This document shows, one piece after another, positions 41,384-51,235 of a stretch of 64,000 bases of DNA. Position numbers and translations under genes: made by a program. The notes beneath the pieces were generated by a model. It was not told where the DNA came from and did no database searches. It saw only the letters and a list, made by a program, of their open reading frames with translations. How positions within the stretch are numbered: the stretch's first letter is position 1; every line of letters begins with the position of its first letter. The DNA lies in the IMG/VR virus record IMGVR_UViG_3300044640_001495, positions 62,001 through 126,000 of that record, one strand, 5' to 3'.

Positions 41384-44300
41384 ATGGCAAGAAAAATTAT
41401 TGATATCGGCGTTGTAGGCAACGACGGCACAGGCGACAGTATTCGCGACTCGTTCCGCAAGGTGAACGACAACTTTCGTGAGCTGTACAGCTCATTGGGT
41501 CTAGGTGAAAAGCTAACTTTTAAAAATCTAGACGACACTCCAAATAGCTACCTCGGACAGGAAAATGCCATACTCAGTGTTAACAACACAGAAACAGGTA
41601 TTGTATACAAACAGATCACTTCAGGTGCCGGTATAAATCTTGATTTTACCACCAATCAAAATGAAATACGTATCAGCTCAGAGTTCTCTGAAGTGGTCGG
41701 TGACACCAGTCCACAGTTGGGGGGCAATCTCAGCGCACGATCTGGCAGTACTCAATTTAGGATCAGAGACCTAGGTACTGATAATATTCCACTGGTCCCT
41801 GTATTTGATCACGAAGCCATCAACAAACGCTATGCTGATGGCAAAGTTTCCAGGTCAGGCACCAATGCCATCGATCCAAGAACTGGGCTGGTAAATGGTG
41901 CTTTTGGCACAATGAGCGGCCCGTTAATCCTATCCAGAGATCCTGAGCCAGATGACGATGATGTCTATGATGGATTGATCGCTGCGACCAAACGATATGT
42001 GGATAATTCTGCCTTTGGCAGTAGCATCAATCTATATGTGGCTACATCGGGTCAAGACGATCGACCAGGTGTCAGCGCAGCACTACAAGGTCGAGCATTG
42101 GCCTATGCCTATAGAACTATTGAAGCGGCACTGAAAAGAGCAGAAGAAATTGTGCTAGAGGCTAGAAACGAAATAGGCCCCTACAAAAAAACATTGACCT
42201 ACAACAACGGAGTATCTAACTGTACATTGACTAGGATTGAAGATGCTCCGGGCAGCGGTTCAGGATTCAGCGGCAGTGCCCTAATGAGTGTTGACACTGT
42301 GGTTGTGAATACAGTGGGTGTAAATTATCAAGTTGGCGATATACTAACTGTGACTGGGGGAACATTTAGCGAACCAGCTAGACTACAGATATTATCTACA
42401 ACAGAAGCAGGTGGCGTGTTAACATTCCGCATCGTGTCCTCTGGAGTGTACACTATATTGCCTCTCTCCAACACCAATGTGGCAACCACAGATGACAGCG
42501 ACAATGGTCAGTTAGCTACTGTGGATTTGACCTACAAGGTCAACAACGTGGTAGTAAACAGTGGTGGCAGTGGATTTGGTCTAGCATCTGTTAGGATTGT
42601 ACCAGCACCCGGCGACACTACTGGAGCAGGCGCATTTGGTACTGCCGACGTGGTAGGTGGCAGTGTGATCAGCATCACAGTCACAGATCAAGGATCTGGA
42701 TTCACCAGCCAGCCGTTGGTCACTGTATCCCTTCCTAGATTTTTCATAGAAACTGGAGGCTATCGCACAGACTTTACTGGAGACTACACTACATCAACTC
42801 CCAGTGCTATCAGAAGCAGAGACATACGAGAAGGTCTTTTCCTAAGAGGCGAAACATCGGGAGCCTTGGCTCAGATCCTTGGACACACAGGCGCTCTAGA
42901 CTCAGAAGGGGATGAAATTTTTGACGTTGATCTTAGATTTGGCACATTCCAACCTGGTGAAGTTATATCATATGGTGATGTACAGAAAAATATACAACTG
43001 AGTGTTCTAGTTGAAAGTGGAGTCTACGAAGAAAATCTACCCCTGAGACTGCCGGCCAACGTGTCCATAGTTGGTGATGAATTCAGACGCTGTATCATAA
43101 GACCAAAACCCGGTATAAGTTCTAGTCCATGGGCCTTCTTGTATTTCAGAAGAGACCTCACTGTAGGAGTAGTGGGCACTGATCAGATCACATTGACTGA
43201 TAGACTATTTGGTTATCACTATCTACAAGGCACAGATGAACCTGTGTATCCATTAATTAATAACAGAGGATTCTATAGGGCGGCGGCGCAACTGTTGACT
43301 TTGAACAGAACATTTATACAAAAAGAAGTCATAGGTTGGATTACTGATCAAATTGACAATGAAATTTCACCATTCACTGCTAGTTTTTTATACGACAGTG
43401 ATCTCTGTGAAAGAGATATTGGACTACTGTTAGATGCCATGATATTTGATCTGAAGTACGGAGGTGCCAATAGAACAATATCTGCGGCATTGAAGTACTT
43501 TGGATCTGCCAGTGGTTTGATTGCAATTGGTGCTCAGGGATCTCAAACCCTTGCGGCCATTAGCAGAGTAGGAACATTGGCTCAACTGGTAGTTAGAAAT
43601 GTACCAATACAGGAACTTTTCCAAACGTCATACCCGCAAATAGTAGACGGTGCCTACGTGGCTGAAACTGGAACCACCGGAACTTCATTCAATATTACAG
43701 GTGTTACCAATGCCAATCCTATGGCCGTTACCACTGGCACTGCCCATGGATTAGTTGACGGCGATCAGATATTGATTAGCACAGTTGGTGGCACCACGGA
43801 AATAAACGGCAATGACTATTACGTAGATGTAATCGATCCCACAAGTTTTTACATATACAGTGACGCTCTACTAACCATTCCCGTTAATGGTGCTGCCTTT
43901 GGCACATACACTTCAGGTGGTAATGCTGTCAGTATAGGAGGTGTATTGGGTGCCTTGTTTGATGCTGTGATAGATATCCTCGATGGTGTGGGCAGTAGCA
44001 ATGTCAACTTGCCAAAAAACAACAATGAAATGGATGTGCTGTTGTGCAATGACGCAACTAGGGTACAGGCCATTACCTTTCAAGGACATGGCGGGTTTGC
44101 CATGGTGCTTGACCCAGAAGGACAAATTCTTGCTAAATCTCCGTATGCACAAGAATGTGCATCATTTTCTCGCAGTACAGGTAGGCAAACGTTTGCCGGT
44201 GGCCAATATATTGACGGCTTCACTGGCAACTTGAAATTCACAATCCTGAGCAAAGACTCAGACACATTCCTACGTGTTGGCAATCTAAAACGCTTGCCTC

Positions 44301-47300
44301 AATTGCCTGGATCATTTATCGTTGACGATACTATCTACAGAATCAACTATGTGAGAGACTACACATTCAATGTGGCAGGATCAACTGCGTCATTTGTTAT
44401 GGATGAGACCACACCGTGGCCATTTGCACTATTCAGTTACAATGAAGCCATATGTCGAAGAGATGTGGGATTGATTCTTGATGGTGTTGGCTATGACGTG
44501 GTATTCGGCACCAATTATCATGCCAGACGTTCTGGACTTACATACAGACTGGCCAGTGCTGCTGTGGTAATCAATGATCAATTAGATCTCACTGTAAGAG
44601 CCATTGAACAGGCTCATGATGATGCCAGCACCTATCTTGAACTTTATCCCACAGCACAGGCAGTGGTGGCCAGCAGTAAAACAATCATAGCCAACATAGT
44701 GAGAGAAGGCGCGATATTTGCTCCTGCGTTGAGTTTTACCGCTCCTCCAGGGTTGGCAGCTAATAGAGCCAATGCTAAAATATTGTTACAGGCTAATATC
44801 ACCTACATTGTAGATCAAGCAGTAGGATATCTTGCCACAACATATCCAGCACTGACCTTTAATGACTTTGCAAGAGATATAGAATATGCCATTGAATCAT
44901 TAATTTATGACATCATCTATGGCGGCAATAGTGAAACACGTAAAATAGGTTTAAAATATTGGGATGGCGTAGGCGATGCTGTAGTACTGCAGATACCTGT
45001 GCTGATCCAAGCAGCAACAGCCGCAGGCATTGATCATGCCAAATATGTGGCCAAACAGGTCATACTTGACCTTGCACCCGCAGTATCCTATTCAGCCACA
45101 GTCCGGGTAACTGGCACACCTAGCGATGCTGCTATAGAAACAATTATAGAAACACTGTTTACCAATGTAAGTGCCATACTCACTGGTGGCGTCGGATCGG
45201 CCGCAGCAGAAACACTGCCCGACTTGACCGCCTATGCCTATTTGGCGACGGGTGTGTCTGCACGTAGCACCATTGTGGCAAATAAAACTCTTGTGCAAGA
45301 TTCGGTGATAGCATTTGTCAATGAAAATGCCAACGTCTATGAAGTGCTGATGCCGGGTAACAGAAGCATGTTGAGCAACGACTTCACACAGATCAATGAC
45401 CTTGGTTATGGTATTGTGGTCAACAACGGCGGTTTAGCAGAGTGCGTGAGCATGTTTACCTACTACTGCCACATATCATATTATTCCATAGGTGGCGGAC
45501 AGATTCGATCAATCGGTGGTTCCAGTGCGCACGGTAATTTTGCGTTGGTGGCAGAAGGCAGTGACCCATTAGAAGTGCCCACACCAGTGACCTTGTACTA
45601 TGACCTAGCACAGGGCGCAGAATGTTATTTTCCATCGGGCTCATATGCCAACACCGTAGGTGGTCTACAATTATTTGTAACTAATTATACACATCCTCCA
45701 TTGCCAAATGGTGAACTGGAAGTTGATCACGGACTTGGAGACATCTACAGATATCCCATCACAGGCGTTTCCACAGATGCAAGTCTGCCTGTGGGAGTGG
45801 CAAGACTGAGCCTGCGTAGTTCGGAAGGTGCAGGCGTAGACGGTCTTGCAGCAGTGATTGCCAACGGCACTCCATTGACCATTAGACAAAACAGCAATGT
45901 GGTGTTAACTGGAAATGCTGTTGACGTTGCTGTTCGACCAAGCACTGGTCTAGTACTGGCAGAATCTCCTGAAGTTTATCGAGTACTGCAATTTGAAGCC
46001 TATGCAGACTTTGTGGGCGCAAGAACATTTACTGTGAGTCTAGGCACACCTGCTATTATTACCAGAGCAGCACACGGGCTCCAACCTGGCTATCAAATCA
46101 CATTGGCCACTACGGGCGCACTGCCAACAGGACTTGTTGCTGGTGAAACTTATTTTGTGCAAGCAGATGGATTCACTGCCAACACGTTTAGACTGGCCTC
46201 AACCAGACGTGGCACAGCCATTAATACTTCAGGCAGCCAAAGCGGTACGCACACCTATATTGTGTTTGGATTGGCTCAAACCACTCTGAGAGAAAACTAC
46301 AACTATGTAGATCTTTCTCTGTATCCTCAGCAGCCTTTTGTAACTTCAGCGGCCACGTGTACTATCACGATAAACAATCCTGCTGTGGTGACTCTAGTAT
46401 CACATGGTTTCATTGCCAATGACGTTGTTAGATTTACCACAACTGGCGCATTGCCTGGCGGCATATTGGCCAATAGACTGTATTTTGTTAAGACTACACC
46501 AACTCCAGATACATTTACCATCACTGATGTGGCAACTAGCGCAGCGGTAGCACTTGAAACCACAGGCACGCAGAGTGGTGTACAGAGCGTGGGCAAGGTC
46601 ATAGGAAGAGCAGGTGACAGCACAGTGGCAGTGGTTCCAATCAGCAGCGCCGATGAAGGAAGACTGCTTGGTACCAAACTGGTGTTTAAAGGAGTGGAGT
46701 ACACAGTACAGGCCTATCAAAATGAACTCATCACCGGTGACAATTATGGGCTGTTAACACTGAACACTCCATTGGTTGACTCGGTGATCTATTTTACCAA
46801 TCTGCCAACGCTCAAGGCCGCGGTGCCCAAAGATGAATCCGGCACACTGACTATTAGGATTTCATTAACTCGTGTGACTTCACATGATCTATTAGAAATT
46901 GGTACTGGATCTTATGCGGATACCAATTACCCTAATGAAATTTATGGACCTCCTGTGAATGCGCTGGATCCCGATTCAGAAACACAGGAACGTGACGTAG
47001 GCCGTGTATTCTACGTGACCACTGACCAATTTGGTAATTTCTCAGTAGGTCCTTACTTCCGTGTTGATCAAGGCACTGGTACTGTGACCTTTGCAGCCGC
47101 TATTGCACTGAGCAACCTAGATGGTCTTGGTTTTAAACGGGGAGTACCAGTCAGTGAATTTTCTACAGACAGTTCATTTGCAGACAATGCTACAGACACT
47201 GTGCCAACAGAAAACGCTGTCAGAGGCTATATTGATCGCAGACTGGGCATAAGTCATACTGGTGCAGCGGTTGTTCCTGGCAGTGTTATTCCAGCATTCA

Positions 47301-48745
47301 GCGGCGGTTTTATGGCATTAGATGGTCAACTGGCCATGAAAGCCGATATGGATCTTGGCTCGTTTAAGATTTTTAATCTGGCCAATCCCGTGAACCCCAC
47401 AGATGCTGTAAACCTTCAAACGTTGACACTGAACAATCTCAATGATGTAGCTGTAACTGCCAGCAAGAGTGCTGACATTTTGACCTTTACCGGTGCCGGT
47501 GATTTTGCCCAAAACAGCACCATGGTAGGGGACATCAGTCTCAGCATCGACTCCACGGCCAATACTGTAGATGCACAGATCAATCCCAATGTGATTGTGA
47601 ATGCAGACATTAATAGTGCTGCTGGTATAGTGCAGAGCAAATTGGTATTGTCATCAGCCGCTACCAGAGCCAATTCCACCGGAATCACCCAGGCAGAAAA
47701 AGGTATATCCAGTTTTGATAGTGCGCAGTTTGACGTCACTGACGGTTGGGTCACATTAAAAGACAATGGTATTAATTTAACAGATCTTCCACAGATAGCA
47801 ACTAAAACAGTATTAGGTAACTCAACCCTAGCCACTGCCAACGTGGCAGCAGTACTGTTTAGCACAGTGGTCAGTGACGGTGGTGCAATTAAAAAATCGC
47901 AGTACAACACATCAACCGGATACCTGCGCAGAATTGGTTTTACTTCTACTAACGATGGCGACTATGCTGTGATTGATGAAGCCACAGCTGCCACTGCCAG
48001 TACATTGGTCAAGCGTGATGTCAATGCAGACTTTGCTGGTAGATTCATCAGCATGGAAAAGTTGATCATTGACACAAAAACCATACTCGATACCACTACC
48101 ACTGCAACAGGTGGATATACTCAACTGTATGGATTTTCTAACAACGTTGGCATATTGATCGGTGACGGCTCAGTGGCCACAGACAAGCGCACATTCTATG
48201 ACAATGATTCTCATGTGTTTAGAACCTACAACGGACTAAGCAATGCTCCTATCACTGTGGGATCAATTACCACCCCAGTGATTACCACAGGAGCAGCAGG
48301 CACTGGAGGAACCATAACAGGTAACTGGACCTTGACTGCAGGCAGTAAGTTGCAGTCAACCTATTCTGCGGACCTTGCAGAATACTATGAAGGAGACCAA
48401 GAATATGCAGTAGGCACTGTGTTAATATTTGGTGGAGATAAAGAAGTTACTGTGTCTCAGAACTATGGCGATCATAGAGTTGCAGGAGTGGTCAGCGACA
48501 CAGCTGGCTATACCATGAATGGTGCATGCCCTGGACATAAAAATCTCATAGCACTGCAAGGTCGTGTGCCATGTAGAGTGGTTGGCAAGATCAAGAAAGG
48601 AGATTTGATAGTGACATCCAATATACCAGGTGTGGGAATATCTGCAACGGGTGATGTTAAAGCTGGCACGATCATAGGAAAATCTTTGGTTGATTACAAT
48701 TCAGATCATATTGGCACTGTTGAAGTTGCCGTAGGAAGAACATAA
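41384..48745 (+). CDS. Very large virion structural protein (baseplate/tail), 2453 aa
   Basis: N-terminal IDIG..GNDGTGDSIRDSFRKVNDNF (T4 gp9/10-like); repeated RD-x-G...D...YG motifs; C-terminal ADLAEYYEGD...GRVPC peptidase G2-like autocleavage domain. Confidence 0.85.
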   Translation: MARKIIDIGVVGNDGTGDSIRDSFRKVNDNFRELYSSLGLGEKLTFKNLDDTPNSYLGQENAILSVNNTETGIVYKQITSGAGINLDFTTNQNEIRISSEFSEVVGDTSPQLGGNLSARSGSTQFRIRDLGTDNIPLVPVFDHEAINKRYADGKVSRSGTNAIDPRTGLVNGAFGTMSGPLILSRDPEPDDDDVYDGLIAATKRYVDNSAFGSSINLYVATSGQDDRPGVSAALQGRALAYAYRTIEAALKRAEEIVLEARNEIGPYKKTLTYNNGVSNCTLTRIEDAPGSGSGFSGSALMSVDTVVVNTVGVNYQVGDILTVTGGTFSEPARLQILSTTEAGGVLTFRIVSSGVYTILPLSNTNVATTDDSDNGQLATVDLTYKVNNVVVNSGGSGFGLASVRIVPAPGDTTGAGAFGTADVVGGSVISITVTDQGSGFTSQPLVTVSLPRFFIETGGYRTDFTGDYTTSTPSAIRSRDIREGLFLRGETSGALAQILGHTGALDSEGDEIFDVDLRFGTFQPGEVISYGDVQKNIQLSVLVESGVYEENLPLRLPANVSIVGDEFRRCIIRPKPGISSSPWAFLYFRRDLTVGVVGTDQITLTDRLFGYHYLQGTDEPVYPLINNRGFYRAAAQLLTLNRTFIQKEVIGWITDQIDNEISPFTASFLYDSDLCERDIGLLLDAMIFDLKYGGANRTISAALKYFGSASGLIAIGAQGSQTLAAISRVGTLAQLVVRNVPIQELFQTSYPQIVDGAYVAETGTTGTSFNITGVTNANPMAVTTGTAHGLVDGDQILISTVGGTTEINGNDYYVDVIDPTSFYIYSDALLTIPVNGAAFGTYTSGGNAVSIGGVLGALFDAVIDILDGVGSSNVNLPKNNNEMDVLLCNDATRVQAITFQGHGGFAMVLDPEGQILAKSPYAQECASFSRSTGRQTFAGGQYIDGFTGNLKFTILSKDSDTFLRVGNLKRLPQLPGSFIVDDTIYRINYVRDYTFNVAGSTASFVMDETTPWPFALFSYNEAICRRDVGLILDGVGYDVVFGTNYHARRSGLTYRLASAAVVINDQLDLTVRAIEQAHDDASTYLELYPTAQAVVASSKTIIANIVREGAIFAPALSFTAPPGLAANRANAKILLQANITYIVDQAVGYLATTYPALTFNDFARDIEYAIESLIYDIIYGGNSETRKIGLKYWDGVGDAVVLQIPVLIQAATAAGIDHAKYVAKQVILDLAPAVSYSATVRVTGTPSDAAIETIIETLFTNVSAILTGGVGSAAAETLPDLTAYAYLATGVSARSTIVANKTLVQDSVIAFVNENANVYEVLMPGNRSMLSNDFTQINDLGYGIVVNNGGLAECVSMFTYYCHISYYSIGGGQIRSIGGSSAHGNFALVAEGSDPLEVPTPVTLYYDLAQGAECYFPSGSYANTVGGLQLFVTNYTHPPLPNGELEVDHGLGDIYRYPITGVSTDASLPVGVARLSLRSSEGAGVDGLAAVIANGTPLTIRQNSNVVLTGNAVDVAVRPSTGLVLAESPEVYRVLQFEAYADFVGARTFTVSLGTPAIITRAAHGLQPGYQITLATTGALPTGLVAGETYFVQADGFTANTFRLASTRRGTAINTSGSQSGTHTYIVFGLAQTTLRENYNYVDLSLYPQQPFVTSAATCTITINNPAVVTLVSHGFIANDVVRFTTTGALPGGILANRLYFVKTTPTPDTFTITDVATSAAVALETTGTQSGVQSVGKVIGRAGDSTVAVVPISSADEGRLLGTKLVFKGVEYTVQAYQNELITGDNYGLLTLNTPLVDSVIYFTNLPTLKAAVPKDESGTLTIRISLTRVTSHDLLEIGTGSYADTNYPNEIYGPPVNALDPDSETQERDVGRVFYVTTDQFGNFSVGPYFRVDQGTGTVTFAAAIALSNLDGLGFKRGVPVSEFSTDSSFADNATDTVPTENAVRGYIDRRLGISHTGAAVVPGSVIPAFSGGFMALDGQLAMKADMDLGSFKIFNLANPVNPTDAVNLQTLTLNNLNDVAVTASKSADILTFTGAGDFAQNSTMVGDISLSIDSTANTVDAQINPNVIVNADINSAAGIVQSKLVLSSAATRANSTGITQAEKGISSFDSAQFDVTDGWVTLKDNGINLTDLPQIATKTVLGNSTLATANVAAVLFSTVVSDGGAIKKSQYNTSTGYLRRIGFTSTNDGDYAVIDEATAATASTLVKRDVNADFAGRFISMEKLIIDTKTILDTTTTATGGYTQLYGFSNNVGILIGDGSVATDKRTFYDNDSHVFRTYNGLSNAPITVGSITTPVITTGAAGTGGTITGNWTLTAGSKLQSTYSADLAEYYEGDQEYAVGTVLIFGGDKEVTVSQNYGDHRVAGVVSDTAGYTMNGACPGHKNLIALQGRVPCRVVGKIKKGDLIVTSNIPGVGISATGDVKAGTIIGKSLVDYNSDHIGTVEVAVGRT

Positions 48746-51234
48746 TGTCTAGACAAACAATAAATTCAGGTTCTGCTCCGATACTGTGGAGTACAGTCGA
48801 CGAAGCATTTAATAGAATAAATGACAACTTCACAGAACTATATCTAAGTGTTGGTGGCGGTGGTGCTGTTGATTTAACTTCACTGAGCACTAGTGTAATT
48901 CCCAGCACCAACGAAACTTTTGATTTGGGATCACCAACTAAACGTTGGAGAGACATTTACCTCAGTGGCAGTTCTATACATTTGGGCACGGCAGTAATAA
49001 CGTCAACTGCGGGTGCAGTGAATCTACCTGCGGGATCTACCATTGGTAGTTTGGCGCTGGACGAAAACTATTTCAAAACTATTGCTGTACCTGGTCAGTC
49101 AAGTATTATTGCTGACACTGGAACTGATACATTGATTATTGAGGCTAGTAGCGGTATTTCACTAACTACAAATGCAGGAATTGATAAATTAACCATTGCT
49201 AACAGTGGTGTATTATCTAATATATCAGGTACCGGTATTGCAGTTAGTGGCGCCACAGGCAATGTAACAATTACCAATGCAGGTGTGTTGTCGACTATTG
49301 CAGGCTATGGTATAAGTGTTAGTGGTGCAACTGGCAACATTACTATTGCCAATACCGGTATAGTCAGTGTGATCACTGATCCGGGATCGGGTATTACCCT
49401 TGACACCAGCACACCTGGCACAGTGCGTATAACAAATGCGGCTCCCAGTGTGCCCCAGAACATATTCCAGACCATAGCAGTGAGTGGTCAATCCAATGTG
49501 GTAGCCGACCTTCCAACAGATACACTGACCTTGGTCAACGGTACTGGTGTTAGTATTACTACCAATGCTGGCGCTGACTCAATTACATTTACCAACTCGG
49601 GTGTGACTAGTTTTGCAGTATCTGGAGTAGGACTAAGTGCAAGTGCTGCCACAGGCTCTATTACGTTATCAAACACAGGTGTAGTGGCAATTTCAGCAGG
49701 CGACGGAATTTCAATTAATCAAAGTACTGGTACAGTGGTTGTCACAAATACTAGATTTGGATTTACTTCTATTGCAGTCAGTGGTCAAAGTTCTGTACTA
49801 GCTGATAACAGTACAGATACACTAGTATTAGTAGCAGGTGAAGGCATACAGTTAACAACTAATACAGTTAATGATAGTATTACATTCGATGTGACTTACC
49901 TTAAGGGATCTGTATTCTCAGATACGTCTACACTGATTATCAATGGTGCCACTGGTACAGTGGTTGGTCCTATTGATACATCAAGTTTACGCACTTCAGA
50001 AAGTGAAATAAAATTAGGATATCAAGCAGGTCTAACCAATCAAGGTAGTAGCGGTATAGCCATAGGATATAGAGCTGGAAAGGTAAATCAAGCACAGGGT
50101 GCTATTTCTATCGGCGATGATAGCGGACTAGCTGATCAAGGTCAAAGAGCAGTAGCTATTGGTTTTGTTGCAGGCACTAGCAACCAAGGAGCGGATGCTA
50201 TCGCAATTGGCAACGGGACTGCTCAGGCTAGTCAAGGGGCAGGTGCTATTGCGATTGGTTCGTTGGCTGGGTCGACTAACCAAGGAGCCAACTCTATAGC
50301 TATCGGATATTATGCAGGTCCAACTACTACATTTGCTTCCAGTATTATATTAAATGCCAGCGGGTCTGCACTTAATAGTTCGGCAGCTGGTTTCTATGTT
50401 GCACCTATTAGAGAAGTCACTGGACCGCAAACTGTATACTACAATCCTGCAACATATGAAGTCACGTGGGGACCAGTACCATCAGGTGGAGTAGGCGGTG
50501 GAGGCACCAGCAGTTATGAATTCAGTGTGGCCGGTGATGACTCCACACAGCGAGTGATTAGCAATGGTGAAACACTGCGCTTTGCAGGTGCCAGTGGAAT
50601 TACCACAACCACAGACGGTGAAGGTCGAGTCACTATTACCGGTCCAACATTGGCCGCTGTGGCCACTACTGGTGCATATAGTTCTTTAAGTGGATTACCA
50701 ACTATACCGGCAGCCTACTCTGCAACCAGCATTGACGCCCTAAGCGATGTTGACACAACCACTAGTGCGCCTACGGACGGTCAAACACTGGTTTGGAGTT
50801 CGGCCGGTGGCAAATGGTTGCCGGGAACAATATCAGGCGGTGGCGGCGGCACCCTGGCAGCAAGGGCCGCGGTTGCAGCAACAACTGCCAGTCTGGCAAA
50901 TTCAGCAACAGGCAACTTGACCATTGTTGGATACAAAGGTTATATGCTTTATAAAATTCAAACATCAGCTGCGGCATGGGTTAGAATTTACACAGATACA
51001 ACCAGTAGAACAGCAGACGCAACTAGAGTGGAAGGCGCTGACCCAACTCCAGGTTCAGGTGTTGTGGCCGAAGTGATTACAACCGGCGCACAAACTATTT
51101 TAATCAGTCCCGGAGCATTGGGATTCAGCAACGAAACTGTTCCAGATACAAATATACAATTAGCAGTGACCAACAAGAGTGGCGGAACAACCACTATTAC
51201 GGTCACGCTAACTGCTGTACAACTAGAGGCATAA
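48745..51234 (+). CDS. Tail fibre / baseplate-attached protein
   Basis: gp9/10-like N-terminus (AFNRINDNFTELY), Gly/Thr repeats, YadA-head-like AIAIG repeats. Confidence 0.8.
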   Translation: MSRQTINSGSAPILWSTVDEAFNRINDNFTELYLSVGGGGAVDLTSLSTSVIPSTNETFDLGSPTKRWRDIYLSGSSIHLGTAVITSTAGAVNLPAGSTIGSLALDENYFKTIAVPGQSSIIADTGTDTLIIEASSGISLTTNAGIDKLTIANSGVLSNISGTGIAVSGATGNVTITNAGVLSTIAGYGISVSGATGNITIANTGIVSVITDPGSGITLDTSTPGTVRITNAAPSVPQNIFQTIAVSGQSNVVADLPTDTLTLVNGTGVSITTNAGADSITFTNSGVTSFAVSGVGLSASAATGSITLSNTGVVAISAGDGISINQSTGTVVVTNTRFGFTSIAVSGQSSVLADNSTDTLVLVAGEGIQLTTNTVNDSITFDVTYLKGSVFSDTSTLIINGATGTVVGPIDTSSLRTSESEIKLGYQAGLTNQGSSGIAIGYRAGKVNQAQGAISIGDDSGLADQGQRAVAIGFVAGTSNQGADAIAIGNGTAQASQGAGAIAIGSLAGSTNQGANSIAIGYYAGPTTTFASSIILNASGSALNSSAAGFYVAPIREVTGPQTVYYNPATYEVTWGPVPSGGVGGGGTSSYEFSVAGDDSTQRVISNGETLRFAGASGITTTTDGEGRVTITGPTLAAVATTGAYSSLSGLPTIPAAYSATSIDALSDVDTTTSAPTDGQTLVWSSAGGKWLPGTISGGGGGTLAARAAVAATTASLANSATGNLTIVGYKGYMLYKIQTSAAAWVRIYTDTTSRTADATRVEGADPTPGSGVVAEVITTGAQTILISPGALGFSNETVPDTNIQLAVTNKSGGTTTITVTLTAVQLEA

Positions 51235-51235
51235 T

